The notes: generated by a model from the sequence alone, not told the origin. 50,754 nt of DNA from Oscillospiraceae bacterium (GCA_015064245.1 SVSQ01000003.1:1-50754), one strand, 5' to 3'; shown: positions 16,305-26,410, counted from the first letter of the stretch. A program made the numbers and translations.

Positions 16305-18092
16305 TTATGCCTTGAGTCTTGCTTCGAGAGCAGCGAGTTCGTCGTACATAGTCTGGGGAACAGCGTCGCCTACCTGAGCGTAGAACTCCTTGATATTCTC
16401 GACGTCAGCGAGCCAGGACTCCTTATCAACTGTGAGAAGCTCCTTGATTGTGTCGAGAGTGATGTCAAGGCCTTCGATGTTGATGTCCTCAGCCTTCGGA
16501 ACGTATCCGATAGGAGTGATATCAGCGTCGACCTTGCCTTCGCAACGGTCGAGGATCCAGAGAAGAACGCGCATATTGTCACCGAATCCGGGCCAAATGA
16601 AGTGACCTTCGTCGTCGGTACGGAACCAGTTAACGTGGAAGATCTTGGGAGGATTGGGGATCTTAGTACCCATAGCGAGCCAATGAGCCCAGTAGTCGCC
16701 CATGTTGTAGCCGACGAAGGGACGCATAGCCATAGGATCGCGGCGAACTACGCCGACAGCGCCTGCTGCAGCTGCAGTTGTCTCGGAAGCCATGATAGAA
16801 CCGACGAATGCGCCGTTCTGCCAGCTTGTGGACTGATAAACCAGGGGAGCTGTCTTTGCGCGGCGTCCGCCGAATACGATAGCGGAGACCGGAACGCCCT
16901 TCAGGCTGTTAAACTCGGAGGAGATGCAAGGACAGTTCTGAGCGAGAGCTGTGAAACGGGAGTTGGGATGAGCGCCGCATGTGGACTTATCCTTCTTGTC
17001 GTACTTTGTGCAGTCCCAAGGATTGCCCTTCCAGTCGATAGCGTTGCCGGGAGCGGGGGGATTGTCGTTGAGGCCTTCCCACCAAACTGTATTGTTCTTT
17101 GTATCGTGAACGACGTTTGTGAAGATAGTGTCGCGCATTGTTGTTGCAAGAGCGTTGGGGTTAGACTTGTCGTTTGTACCGGGAGCAACGCCGAAGAATC
17201 CATTCTCGGGGTTAACAGCGTAGAGCTTACCGTCTTCCTTATTTACACGGAGCCAAGCGATATCGTCGCCGACGCACCATACCTTGTAGCCCTTCTCCTG
17301 AAGCATCTTCGGGGGGATGAGCATAGCGAGGTTGGTCTTACCGCAAGCGGAGGGGAATGCCGCTGTAACGTACTTGATGTCGCCGTTAGGATACTCAACG
17401 CCGAGGATGAGCATATGCTCTGCCATCCAGCCCTCTTTGCGTCCGAGGTAGGAAGCGATACGGAGAGCGAAGCACTTCTTACCGAGAAGAACGTTTCCGC
17501 CGTAACCGGAGTTAACGGACATGATGGTGTTATCCTGGGGGAAGTGTGTGATATAACGGTTCTCCTCATCGATATCAGCACGGGCGTGAAGACCCTTGAT
17601 ATAGTCGGGGCTGTCGCCGAGAGCCTCAAGAACGTTGGTGCCAACGCGGGTCATGATGAGCATATTAAGAACGACGTAGATAGAGTCTGTGAGCTCGATA
17701 CCGTACTTAGCGAAGTCGGAGCCTACGACACCCATGGAGTAAGGGATAACGTACATTGTGCGTCCCTTCATGGAGCCTGTGTAGAGAGCCTTGAGCTTTG
17801 CGTACATTTCATCGGGAGCCATCCAGTTGTTGATGTTACCTGCCTCTTCCTTTGTGGGGGTGCAGATGAATGTTCTGCCTTCAACACGGGCAACGTCATT
17901 GATAGCGGTGCGGTGGAGGTAGCAGTTAGGAAGGATCTCCTGGTTGAGCTTGATCATTTCGCCTGTGGAGCAAGCTTCTGCTCTGAGAGCTTCTGCCTGA
18001 GCTTCGCTTCCGTCGATCCAGACGATCTTATCGGGCTGAGTCATAGCAGCCATCTCGTCGATCCAAGACAATACATACTTATTGTTGGTCAT
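16305..18092 (-). CDS. pckG: Phosphoenolpyruvate carboxykinase (GTP)
   Basis: DVARVE, YGGNVLLGKKCFALR, AFPSACGKTNLAM, VGDDIAW, NPENGFFGVAPG, HPNSRF. Confidence 0.98.
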   Translation of the reverse strand: MTNNKYVLSWIDEMAAMTQPDKIVWIDGSEAQAEALRAEACSTGEMIKLNQEILPNCYLHRTAINDVARVEGRTFICTPTKEEAGNINNWMAPDEMYAKLKALYTGSMKGRTMYVIPYSMGVVGSDFAKYGIELTDSIYVVLNMLIMTRVGTNVLEALGDSPDYIKGLHARADIDEENRYITHFPQDNTIMSVNSGYGGNVLLGKKCFALRIASYLGRKEGWMAEHMLILGVEYPNGDIKYVTAAFPSACGKTNLAMLIPPKMLQEKGYKVWCVGDDIAWLRVNKEDGKLYAVNPENGFFGVAPGTNDKSNPNALATTMRDTIFTNVVHDTKNNTVWWEGLNDNPPAPGNAIDWKGNPWDCTKYDKKDKSTCGAHPNSRFTALAQNCPCISSEFNSLKGVPVSAIVFGGRRAKTAPLVYQSTSWQNGAFVGSIMASETTAAAAGAVGVVRRDPMAMRPFVGYNMGDYWAHWLAMGTKIPNPPKIFHVNWFRTDDEGHFIWPGFGDNMRVLLWILDRCEGKVDADITPIGYVPKAEDINIEGLDITLDTIKELLTVDKESWLADVENIKEFYAQVGDAVPQTMYDELAALEARLKA

Positions 18093-18230
18093 AGTGGTAT
18101 TCTCCTTATATTATTAAATTATTATTATTTTCAGTGTCGGGAAATCAATCCCTACCCATCTTACATTATACTATAAAATTTTTCGAAAAGCAAGAGAAAA
18201 TCAAGAGAATTTTTTTGCAAATCCAACTTT

Positions 18231-19070
18231 TTACATATTATTCACTATTTCTGCGAAATCGCGAAGCGTCAGCTTTTCGCCCCGTATATCCTCGCGGAAG
18301 CCGCACTTGACGATGATCTCGGCGAGCTGAGCCTTCGAGTGAGTCTTGATCTCCGCGGAGAGGGCGTTTACCAGCGTTTTACGTCTCTGATTGAAGGTTG
18401 CTCGTATGACTTTGGTGAGCAGCTCCTCGTCCTTGCAGAATATCTCCTCTTTTTCCGCGGGAATGAGCGTTACCACTGCAGAATCGACGCTTGGCATGGG
18501 GTAGAAGCAAGATTTCGGGACGTCGAACAGCTTTTTGACCTTACCGTAGCGGGCGCAGGTGACGGTTATCGCGCCGTATTCCGAGGTTCCCGCCTCGGCG
18601 CAAAGTCTGTCCGCTACCTCTTTCTGGACCATGACCGTGATGCTCTCGAAGCTGACGCCGGATTCCAGCAGATGCATCAGAACGGGAGTGGTAATATAAT
18701 ATGGAAGATTTGCGCAGACGGCGACTCGTTTTCCCGCGAACTCCTCCTCGCAGAGCGCCTTGATATCCGTTTTCATGACGTCTCCGAAGATGACCTTGAG
18801 ATTATCGTGGTGTCCTACCGTGGTCTCAAGCATGGGGGCGAGGGTGGTGTCGATCTCCACCGCCACTACCTTTTCGCACTTTTGGCACAAACAGTCGGTG
18901 AGCGTTCCGATACCCGGACCTATTTCCAGAGCGCAAAGACCTTCCGCGTTCTCCGCGATGTCCATCGGTACGCTGTCTCTGACAATAAAATTCTGCCCGA
19001 ACTTCTTCTTAAATCCGAAGCCGAATTCCGCGCACAGCGCCTTTACAGTTGATATTTCCGTCAGTTTCAT
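18231..19070 (-). CDS. rsmA: 16S rRNA m6,2A1518/1519 dimethyltransferase
   Basis: KKFGQNF, LEIGPGIG, ANLPYYIT, MVQKEVA, FNQRRKTL; start set at ATG 19070. Confidence 0.96.
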   Translation of the reverse strand: MKLTEISTVKALCAEFGFGFKKKFGQNFIVRDSVPMDIAENAEGLCALEIGPGIGTLTDCLCQKCEKVVAVEIDTTLAPMLETTVGHHDNLKVIFGDVMKTDIKALCEEEFAGKRVAVCANLPYYITTPVLMHLLESGVSFESITVMVQKEVADRLCAEAGTSEYGAITVTCARYGKVKKLFDVPKSCFYPMPSVDSAVVTLIPAEKEEIFCKDEELLTKVIRATFNQRRKTLVNALSAEIKTHSKAQLAEIIVKCGFREDIRGEKLTLRDFAEIVNNM

Positions 19071-19112
19071 TATAAATATGACCGATCCTTTTGAATAATT
19101 TTTGATTTTGTA

Positions 19113-19141
19113 TTGACAAACGTGAAAATGTGTGGTATAAT
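19113..19141 (+). promoter_or_regulatory. Sigma-A promoter of tRNA-Thr(CGT)
   Basis: TTGACA-N17-TATAAT. Confidence 0.85.
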
Positions 19142-19162
19142 AATAAAGCTGTAATTCAATAC

Positions 19163-19237
19163 GCTGGTGTAGCACAGTGGCAGTGCAGCTGATTCGTAAT
19201 CAGCAGGTCGTGCGTTCAAATCGCATCACCAGCTCCA
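19163..19237 (+). tRNA. tRNA-Thr(CGT)
   Basis: Acceptor gctggtg/caccagc, anticodon arm gctga-ttCGTaa-tcagc, GTTCAAAT T-loop, encoded CCA. Confidence 0.96.
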
Positions 19238-19239
19238 TG

Positions 19240-19277
19240 ACCGACGGGTATCTTTGATGCCTGTCGGTTTTTGTTTT
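19240..19277 (+). terminator. tRNA terminator
   Basis: accgacgggtatc-ttt-gatgcctgtcggt followed by T tract. Confidence 0.85.
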
Positions 19278-19301
19278 GTCTTCCTTCTCTTAGTATCTCT
19301 T

Positions 19302-19330
19302 AGTATAACATATTTTTTTTCGTTTTGCAA
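19302..19330 (-). promoter_or_regulatory. Leftward sigma-A promoter facing tRNA-Thr and rsmA
   Basis: TTGCAA-N17-TATACT with extended TG on minus strand. Confidence 0.6.
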
Positions 19331-19467
19331 GAAATATTGATGGGTTTGAAAAAATATTTTGCCTGGACCTTTGTTTGCGTCGGTAATGAAAGCAAAGGAC
19401 CGTCTTCGTGACGGCTCGATGCTTCTCGTATGAATACGCCACCGCGACTATCAAAAATACAAATCAA

Positions 19468-19498
19468 AACCGCCGCTTGGCACACCAAGCGGCGGTTA
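19468..19498 (-). terminator. Terminator of CE15 gene
   Basis: aaccgccgcttgg...ccaagcggcggtt. Confidence 0.8.
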
Positions 19499-19526
19499 AT
19501 TGCTGTTTGTGATTTAATATGCGACG

Positions 19527-20606
19527 TTAAATGCTTTTGAGAGCTTCTGCGTAATACGCCCAGTCTTTTCTGGAGAGGAAGTGCTTGCCGCCGCGAAGGT
19601 GGTATTTGATATCGCCTTCCGCGAAATAATCGCCGACCTCGGGCATTCTGTCGGGATGAACGAAGCCTGCCTTACCGTTCAGCTCCCAAGCGGGAGAAGC
19701 GGCGCAAGCGGAAAGGTAAGAGGATTCAGGGTCTGCCCATTCGTCCTCAAGAGCCGAGCCGAGGGCGACCTTCCTGGGAGCGACCGCAGCCACCAGCCAG
19801 TGCTGCTCGAAGGGCATCTCTTCCTCTTTATCGATATAATTCTGATAGTTATCGCAGAACCAGAAGGGGAAATTGTGGGTTATCTGACGGATTCTCTCGC
19901 CCTTCTTGCCTCTTGTGATGGAGTCGCCGGAGCAACCGCTGTTGTTTACGCACGCCATAGCAAAACGGGTGTCGAATGCCGCGCAGACCAGAGCGGTCTT
20001 TCCGAGGCGGGAGTGTCCGACGACGGCGACGTGCTCCTTGTCGCAGTAGTCTGCGGTCTGAAGGTAGTCCATTACTCTGCTTGCAGCCCAAGCCCACATT
20101 CTGATCTTACCCCAAGTGTACTTTTTGCGGTCGAACATAGGCGCGATGCCGCCCTTGAAGTCGTCTCTGCCGTCAAAGGCGATGTCGTTATAGTAAAGCT
20201 GGATGACCGCGCAGCCTGTGTCTATCAGCTCCTCGGTGGGATAGTATCTGTCGGGGACTTCGGGACGGAAGTTGATGAGGACGAAGGTCCTGCGGGGCTT
20301 ATCGCTTATGGGGACGATCTCGGTTGCGGGGAAGGTGAACTCGCCGCAGTCCGTCTCAACGGTGAATGTGAGAGTCTTGGAAACGGCTTTTCCCGCGAAA
20401 TCTGAATAGGGCATCTTGGCATCCTCGGAGACGACCTTCGTTTCCTTGGGCGCGGGGGGCGCGTAGCCGTACTCCTCGAGGCTGAGGATCTCAAGTATCT
20501 CCTGTCTTCTTTCTTCCCAGTTTTCTGCGGTGACCTGACGTCCGTCCGCGAATTTAAGAAGCTCGGGAAGCTTTCTTTCTTCTATAAGTTTTTCTATCAT
20601 TGACAT
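19527..20606 (-). CDS. CE15-like glucuronoyl/acetylxylan esterase (alpha/beta hydrolase), no signal peptide
   Basis: WAWAASRVMDYL, VGHSRLGKTAL, SGCSG, FPFWF, PFEQHWLVAAVAPR, DEWADP. Confidence 0.85.
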   Translation of the reverse strand: MSMIEKLIEERKLPELLKFADGRQVTAENWEERRQEILEILSLEEYGYAPPAPKETKVVSEDAKMPYSDFAGKAVSKTLTFTVETDCGEFTFPATEIVPISDKPRRTFVLINFRPEVPDRYYPTEELIDTGCAVIQLYYNDIAFDGRDDFKGGIAPMFDRKKYTWGKIRMWAWAASRVMDYLQTADYCDKEHVAVVGHSRLGKTALVCAAFDTRFAMACVNNSGCSGDSITRGKKGERIRQITHNFPFWFCDNYQNYIDKEEEMPFEQHWLVAAVAPRKVALGSALEDEWADPESSYLSACAASPAWELNGKAGFVHPDRMPEVGDYFAEGDIKYHLRGGKHFLSRKDWAYYAEALKSI

Positions 20607-20662
20607 GTCTTTTGTTTCTCCTTTTATTTATAGTAAACAATATTTGGTTGATATTTAATGAA

Positions 20663-21001
20663 TTACGCCATTTTATCGGCAAGCTGAGCTCCGCCGAGAA
20701 TGTGGAAGTGCAGATGCTTTACGGACTGGCAGGCGTCAGGACCGCAGTTACTGATAACTCTGTAACCGTTTGTTATTCCCGCTTCCTTGGCGATTGCGGG
20801 GATCTTTTCGAATATCTTCGCTACGATAGCGCTGTTTTCGGGAGTGATGCAGTCAACGGACTCGATGTGCTCCTTGGGAATAACGAGAATGTGGACGGGC
20901 GCCTGAGGATTTACGTCGTAGAACGCGAGAATGTTATCGTCCTCGTAGGCTTTTTTGGACGGGATATCACCGTTTTTTATCATACAAAAAATGCAGCTCA
21001 T
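20663..21001 (-). CDS. hit: HIT family (HINT-like) nucleotide-binding protein
   Basis: CIFC, PQAPVHILVIPKEH, HLHFHILGG. Confidence 0.95.
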   Translation of the reverse strand: MSCIFCMIKNGDIPSKKAYEDDNILAFYDVNPQAPVHILVIPKEHIESVDCITPENSAIVAKIFEKIPAIAKEAGITNGYRVISNCGPDACQSVKHLHFHILGGAQLADKMA

Positions 21002-21120
21002 TTTTACAAATAACTTCCTTTCTTTTGGGTAGTACCTTTTCAAAAACCTTTATTTTTGCGGGTACAGCTTGATTATATCATCATTTTTCCGATTTGTCAA
21101 TAATCTGGAGCAGAACGGAG

Positions 21121-22275
21121 TTAAAAAATAAACTCAAGCAGTCTGAGGAAAACGTCCCAGAACTCCACTCTTTCAATGTCCTCGGTGACGGTGACGGGCA
21201 GTTCCTTCAAGGTCTGATCTCCAAGAACGTACCTGACCGAGCCGACAACGTCGCCCTTTTTCAGCGGCGCGGGTACGTTTTCGGGCAGAGTGACCACCCG
21301 CTCGATCTTGCCTGCGTTCTGCTTTTCGGTGACCAGCTCGAAGCTCTCGTAGCTTATACCGACGGTGTCGGACTTTCCGCCGATGACGTCAAGGCGGGAG
21401 GAGGCGTCGGCGGTGAAGCTTTCGAAGGCGTAGCTCGCAAATCCGAAATCAAAGAGCTTTTTGGCGATCTCGTTACGGCTGTCGCGGGTCGACGCCCCCA
21501 TAACGACGCAGATGAGCTGCATACCGCCGCGCTTTGCCGAGGCGCTGATGCAGAACTTAGCCTTTGAAGTTGAGCCTGTTTTCAGACCGTTTGCGCCGCT
21601 GTAGAATCGGATAAGGCGGTTGGTGTTAGTGAGACCGAACTCGCCGTTTCGGATGCTGTCCATCCAGATCGTCGAGTATTCAAGGATCTTTGGGTGCTTG
21701 CTGATCAGCTCCGCGCTCATTATGGCGATGTCGCGGGCGCTTGTGACGTGGTTTACCGTATCGTCGTCCAGACCGTTGGTGTTTTCGAAATTGGTGTTGA
21801 CCATTCCAAGCTCCGCGGCGCGCTTGTTCATCGCGGCGACAAAGCTCTCCTCGCTTCCCGCGATGTGCTCAGCAAGAGCTACGCAGGCGTCGTTTGCGGA
21901 GCTGACCACCACGCATTTCAGCAGCTCGTGGACGCTGAAGGTCTCGCCCGCTTCAAGGTAGACCTGCGATCCGCCCATGTTCGCCGCGTACTCGCTGACG
22001 GTCACGGTGTCGTCAAGGGTTATCTTCCCGCTGTCAACGGCTTCCATGACGAGGAGCATGGACATTACCTTGGTAACGGACGCGGGAGGCAGAGCCTGAT
22101 CGGCGTTTTTTTCGTAGAGGACCGTGCCCGTTTCCGCTTCGATGAGAATGAGCGCTTTTGCGTCGCTCTCACCCTTGAATTCCGCGGCGAAAAGGGGGGA
22201 GAAAGGCGTGAGCGCCACCAGCATCAGAGAAAGCGCAAGAGCTGCGGCAAAAGTTTTAAAAAGCTTATTTTTCAT
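21121..22275 (-). CDS. dacF: D-alanyl-D-alanine carboxypeptidase (S11, DacF-like)
   Basis: Signal peptide MKNKLF; PASVTK, SANDA, GLKTG; MGGSQVYLE; start at 22275 after AAGGA RBS. Confidence 0.88.
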   Translation of the reverse strand: MKNKLFKTFAAALALSLMLVALTPFSPLFAAEFKGESDAKALILIEAETGTVLYEKNADQALPPASVTKVMSMLLVMEAVDSGKITLDDTVTVSEYAANMGGSQVYLEAGETFSVHELLKCVVVSSANDACVALAEHIAGSEESFVAAMNKRAAELGMVNTNFENTNGLDDDTVNHVTSARDIAIMSAELISKHPKILEYSTIWMDSIRNGEFGLTNTNRLIRFYSGANGLKTGSTSKAKFCISASAKRGGMQLICVVMGASTRDSRNEIAKKLFDFGFASYAFESFTADASSRLDVIGGKSDTVGISYESFELVTEKQNAGKIERVVTLPENVPAPLKKGDVVGSVRYVLGDQTLKELPVTVTEDIERVEFWDVFLRLLEFIF

Positions 22276-22399
22276 TGTTTTCTTCCTTTCGGTTTTTTGT
22301 TTACATATATATTCGAAAAAAAGAAAAATAATGAGGAGTGGGGGATTTAAAATTTTGTTTTTATTTTTTGTTTGTGTAAGACGGTTATTTTGCTTATAT

Positions 22400-22757
22400 T
22401 TTAATATTTTTTTCCGCATCTTTCTTCCTTTCTTTCGGGAAAGAAAGAAGAAAGACGCTCCAGAAAGAAGAAAGAAAGCCCGTGGTATATTTTTGACGGC
22501 TCGCTGAAAATCCTCGCGTAACACACTCCGTGTGCTCGGATTTTGGGTACATGAAATACTGCCGAGTTGCTCCCGCAACACACTAAAGCAGGGAAAAATA
22601 TTTGTACAGCTTGTTACTTAAATTTCCGCAAAGGCTGGCGAATATTTCGGGCTTTTTTCGTTAGAAAAAAGTTTCGACTGTGTCGAAAAGAAATATTCGA
22701 GGGTGATACCCGTATATGTTCACACAAGGTACACGGTATCACTGCTACCGCAACACC
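22400..22757 (-). repeat. Mosaic repeat C-D-B-slot-A
   Basis: Reverse complement matches modules at 4725-5100; D 22639-22699; triplex module 22419-22478. Confidence 0.95.
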
Positions 22758-22834
22758 CTAAAGCATCAAATCAAGCGAAAAACGGATAAAACACCCCGAA
22801 AATGCGAGTGTTTTACGAGCATTTTTGTAGAAAT

Positions 22835-22982
22835 GATCGCAGTAGTATCCTTTTTTACAACCCAAAATTCGCTCCTGCTTTTGAGCGAATTTTCAGTAGA
22901 TGTTCGCACCCGTTTCTTTTTGCTTTCTTTGGTCACTTTCTTTCCTTTTTCTTCGGAAAGAAAAAGAGAAAGAAAGTAACGT
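22835..22982 (+). repeat. Diverged mosaic repeat slot-A
   Basis: acccaaaattcgctc.tgcttttgagcgaattttcag shared with the 28660 copy; triplex module 22913-22976. Confidence 0.8.
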
Positions 22983-23127
22983 AGAAATTTCCACGCAAGT
23001 TATTATAATATTTACAAAAATTTATTAGTAAGTCTTAAATTATATTATATAATAATTGTGTATAACATAGAATTAACTACCATAAAAACTATAAAACACA
23101 TTTGCAAACCGAAAGGAAACTCTTTTA

Positions 23128-25914
23128 ATGGGATTTTTCACAAAGCTTTTCGGCACTTACAGCCAAAGACAGATAAAAAGAATAACATCAAAGGTTAATC
23201 AGATAGAAGCCCTTGCGGACAAATATTCAGCCATGACGGACGATGAGCTGAGAGCTACCACCGATATCCTCAAAAAGCGCCTTGCAGAGGGAGAAACGCT
23301 TGACGATATCCTCGTCGACGCCTTCGCGGCGGTCAGAGAGGCGGCAGACAGAGTTCTGGGCAAGCGCCCCTTCAGAGTTCAGCTCATGGGCGGTATCATT
23401 CTCCATCAGGGACGTATCGCGGAGATGAAGACGGGTGAAGGTAAGACGCTGGTAGCAGTTCTTCCCGCGTACCTCAACGCTCTGTCGGGAAACAGCGTCC
23501 ACATAGTAACGGTAAACGAATACCTCGCCCGCGTCGGAGCGGAGGAGATGGGCAGAGTTTACGGCTTTATGGGTCTGACCACGGGACTTATCGTCCGCGA
23601 CCAGAAAAAAGAAGAGAAGCAGGCGGAATACAACTGCGATATCATATACGGCACGAATAACGAGTTCGGATTCGACTACCTCCGTGACAATATGGTCATA
23701 TACAAGGAGCAAAAGGTCCAGCGCGACCACGCCTTCGCTATCGTTGACGAGGTTGACTCTATCCTCATCGACGAGGCGAGAACTCCCCTTATCATTTCGG
23801 GCGAGGGAGACGAGCCTACCGATATTTACGCTCAAGCCTGCAAGTTCGTTCGCGGACTGCGCGAGTATAGAAAAAAGGAGATCGACTCAAAGACCATCGA
23901 CAAAAAGGTGGAGGAGGAGTACGATTACACAGTGGACGAAAAATCACGTTCCACCGTCCTTACCTCTGCGGGAGTTGAAAAGGCGGAGAGCTTCTTCGGT
24001 ATAGAGAACCTTTCCGATCCCGAGAATTCCGCCCTCGCTCACCAGATAAATATGGCGATAAAAGCCAGAGCCATCATGCACAGAGACGAGGACTATATCG
24101 TCGATCAGACGGGCAAGGTGATCATAGTTGACACGTTTACGGGACGTCTTATGCCGGGACGCCGCTTCAGCGACGGGCTTCATCAGGCTATAGAGGCGAA
24201 GGAGAACGTCAAGATAGAGAAGGAGAGCAAGACGCTCGCTACTATCACCTTCCAGAACTATTTCCGCCTTTACGGAAAGCTTTCGGGTATGACGGGTACG
24301 GCGCTTACCGAGGATATGGAGTTCAGAGAGATATACGCTTTGGATGTCGTTGAGATACCTACGAACAAGCCCATGATAAGAAACGATATGCCCGACGCGG
24401 TGTACCGCACGGTGGAGATAAAATATAACGCTATCTGCGATCAGATAGAGGAGTGTCACAAAAAAGGACAGCCGGTTCTGGTCGGTACGGTCTCCGTTGA
24501 CAAGTCCGAGCTGATCTCCAGAATGCTGCAGAAGCGCGGTATTCCTCATAAGGTGCTGAACGCAAAGCATCACGAAAAAGAGGCTGAGATAGTCGCCGCC
24601 GCAGGTAAGAAGGGCGCCGTCACCATCGCTACTAATATGGCGGGACGCGGTACGGACATCATGCTTGGCGGTAATCCCGAGCACATGGCGAAGAAGGAGA
24701 TGCGCTCTCTCACCGATCCTCAGACAAATCTGCCGCTGTACGACGACGATATGATCGGCGCGGCTGTGGGCTCTTCGGTCAACGTCAGCGATGAGGTGCT
24801 GAAAGCCAGAGAGGTCTATAAAAAGCTTTATGAGAAATATAAGAACGAGATACAGCCCGAGGCTGACCTTATCAAGTCTTTAGGCGGTTTGTATATCATC
24901 GGTACGGAGCGTCACGAGAGCCGCCGTATCGATAACCAGCTCCGCGGACGCGCGGGACGTCAGGGCGACCCCGGCGCCAGCTGCTTCTTCCTCTCTCTTG
25001 AGGACGACCTTATGCGTCTGTTTGGAAGCGAGCGTATAGTCGGAGTAGTGGATAAGCTTGGTATAGGCGAGGAGCGTATATCCGCGGGAGTTATTTCCGG
25101 TGGTATCGAGAGAGCTCAGAAGCAGCTTGAGGGACAGAACTTCCAGCGCAGAAAAAACGTCCTCAGCTACGACGACATCATGAATGAGCAGCGTAAGATA
25201 ATCTACAAGCAGAGAAACGAGGTCCTTGACGGAGCCGATATCAGCGAGAAGATACAGTCTATGATCAGGACGGTCATAAGCGAGGCAGTAGCCCGCTTCC
25301 TGCCCGAGGACGAAAAAGAGGATTGGAAGCTCGACGAGCTTCGCAGTTATTTCTTAGGAGTGCTGTGTGATAAGGACAGTCTTAGATATACGGACGAGGA
25401 GCTTGAAAAGCTTGAAGCAAAGGATGTTGAGGCTTACCTTATCGAGAGGGCTGAGGAGCGTTACGAAGAGCGCAAGAAGATGTTCGGCGACGACCTGAAG
25501 GAGGTCGAGCGAGTCATCCTTCTCGGAAGCGTCGACGCTCAGTGGATCGAGCATCTCGACGCTATGGACGACTTGAAGGGCGGTATCAGCCTGCAGGCGT
25601 ATGCTCAGCGTAACCCTATAAACGAGTTCCGTATCGAGAGCGGAGATATGTTCGATATCATGATCTCCGAGATCAGGGAAGAGACTATGCGTAAGCTTCT
25701 CACCGTCTTCCCGGCTTCCGCTATTCAGCGTAAAGAGGTCGCCAGAGTGACCTCAGTTAGCGCTAACGCCGCTGAAAATTTCAAAGATAATTCCAAGGCT
25801 GAAAAGGGTAGCCGTACTACCGTTATCAGACGCGGAGGCGTCGCTAAAAACGCCGCTTGCCCCTGCGGCAGCGGTAAAAAATTCAAACAATGCTGCGGTA
25901 AAGGTTTGTTCTGA
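23128..25914 (+). CDS. secA: Preprotein translocase subunit SecA
   Basis: EMKTGEGKT, IVDEVDSILIDEARTPL, ATNMAGRGTDI, RIDNQLRGRAGRQG, C-terminal CPCGSGKKFKQCC. Confidence 0.99.
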   Translation: MGFFTKLFGTYSQRQIKRITSKVNQIEALADKYSAMTDDELRATTDILKKRLAEGETLDDILVDAFAAVREAADRVLGKRPFRVQLMGGIILHQGRIAEMKTGEGKTLVAVLPAYLNALSGNSVHIVTVNEYLARVGAEEMGRVYGFMGLTTGLIVRDQKKEEKQAEYNCDIIYGTNNEFGFDYLRDNMVIYKEQKVQRDHAFAIVDEVDSILIDEARTPLIISGEGDEPTDIYAQACKFVRGLREYRKKEIDSKTIDKKVEEEYDYTVDEKSRSTVLTSAGVEKAESFFGIENLSDPENSALAHQINMAIKARAIMHRDEDYIVDQTGKVIIVDTFTGRLMPGRRFSDGLHQAIEAKENVKIEKESKTLATITFQNYFRLYGKLSGMTGTALTEDMEFREIYALDVVEIPTNKPMIRNDMPDAVYRTVEIKYNAICDQIEECHKKGQPVLVGTVSVDKSELISRMLQKRGIPHKVLNAKHHEKEAEIVAAAGKKGAVTIATNMAGRGTDIMLGGNPEHMAKKEMRSLTDPQTNLPLYDDDMIGAAVGSSVNVSDEVLKAREVYKKLYEKYKNEIQPEADLIKSLGGLYIIGTERHESRRIDNQLRGRAGRQGDPGASCFFLSLEDDLMRLFGSERIVGVVDKLGIGEERISAGVISGGIERAQKQLEGQNFQRRKNVLSYDDIMNEQRKIIYKQRNEVLDGADISEKIQSMIRTVISEAVARFLPEDEKEDWKLDELRSYFLGVLCDKDSLRYTDEELEKLEAKDVEAYLIERAEERYEERKKMFGDDLKEVERVILLGSVDAQWIEHLDAMDDLKGGISLQAYAQRNPINEFRIESGDMFDIMISEIREETMRKLLTVFPASAIQRKEVARVTSVSANAAENFKDNSKAEKGSRTTVIRRGGVAKNAACPCGSGKKFKQCCGKGLF

Positions 25915-25919
25915 GTTAC

Positions 25920-26390
25920 ATTCTCGTTAAAAGAGAAAAACGCGCTTTTTGAAGGGGAAAACGGTCGCTTTTGAAAAAGCTCCGCAAAACTTCTTTTCCG
26001 CCGACACCAGAAGGCATCGGCGGAAAAGAATTCGTATGGTGTTTCCTTCGGAAATCGTCCGCGCTCCCCATTCAAGCAAGAGCACACATCATCTCACCCA
26101 CAAACAAGGAAATCCTACACTTAATTTCTTGCTTTAGGTAGTTGCGGGAGCAACTCGGCAGTATTTCATGTGCGAAAAACCGCGAGCCTGCTTATGCGAG
26201 CGCGTTTCGGCGAGCCGTTAAAAATCTACCACGGTCTTTCTTTCTTCTTTTTGCGAGCATTTATCTTCTTTCTTTCTCGAAAGAAGGAAGAAAAACGCGA
26301 AATCTATATAAAAAGAAATTTAATAGAAAAATAACAAAATTTACTCAAATAAAAAAATCTACCCAAACAAAAAAACTTACTCAAAAAATC
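25920..26390 (+). repeat. Mosaic repeat G-B-slot-A-tail
   Basis: G hairpin 25991-26030; gttgcgggagcaac at 26141; triplex module 26235-26295. Confidence 0.95.
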
Positions 26391-26410
26391 ATTTAAAAAG
26401 GAAAAAATCA

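Noticed and set aside
22276-22581. N-terminal extensions of DacF, DnaE (28793), DJ-1 (43117) and RsmA (19175) in the ORF track
   Set aside because: They run through repeats or promoters; RBS-supported downstream starts give normal proteins
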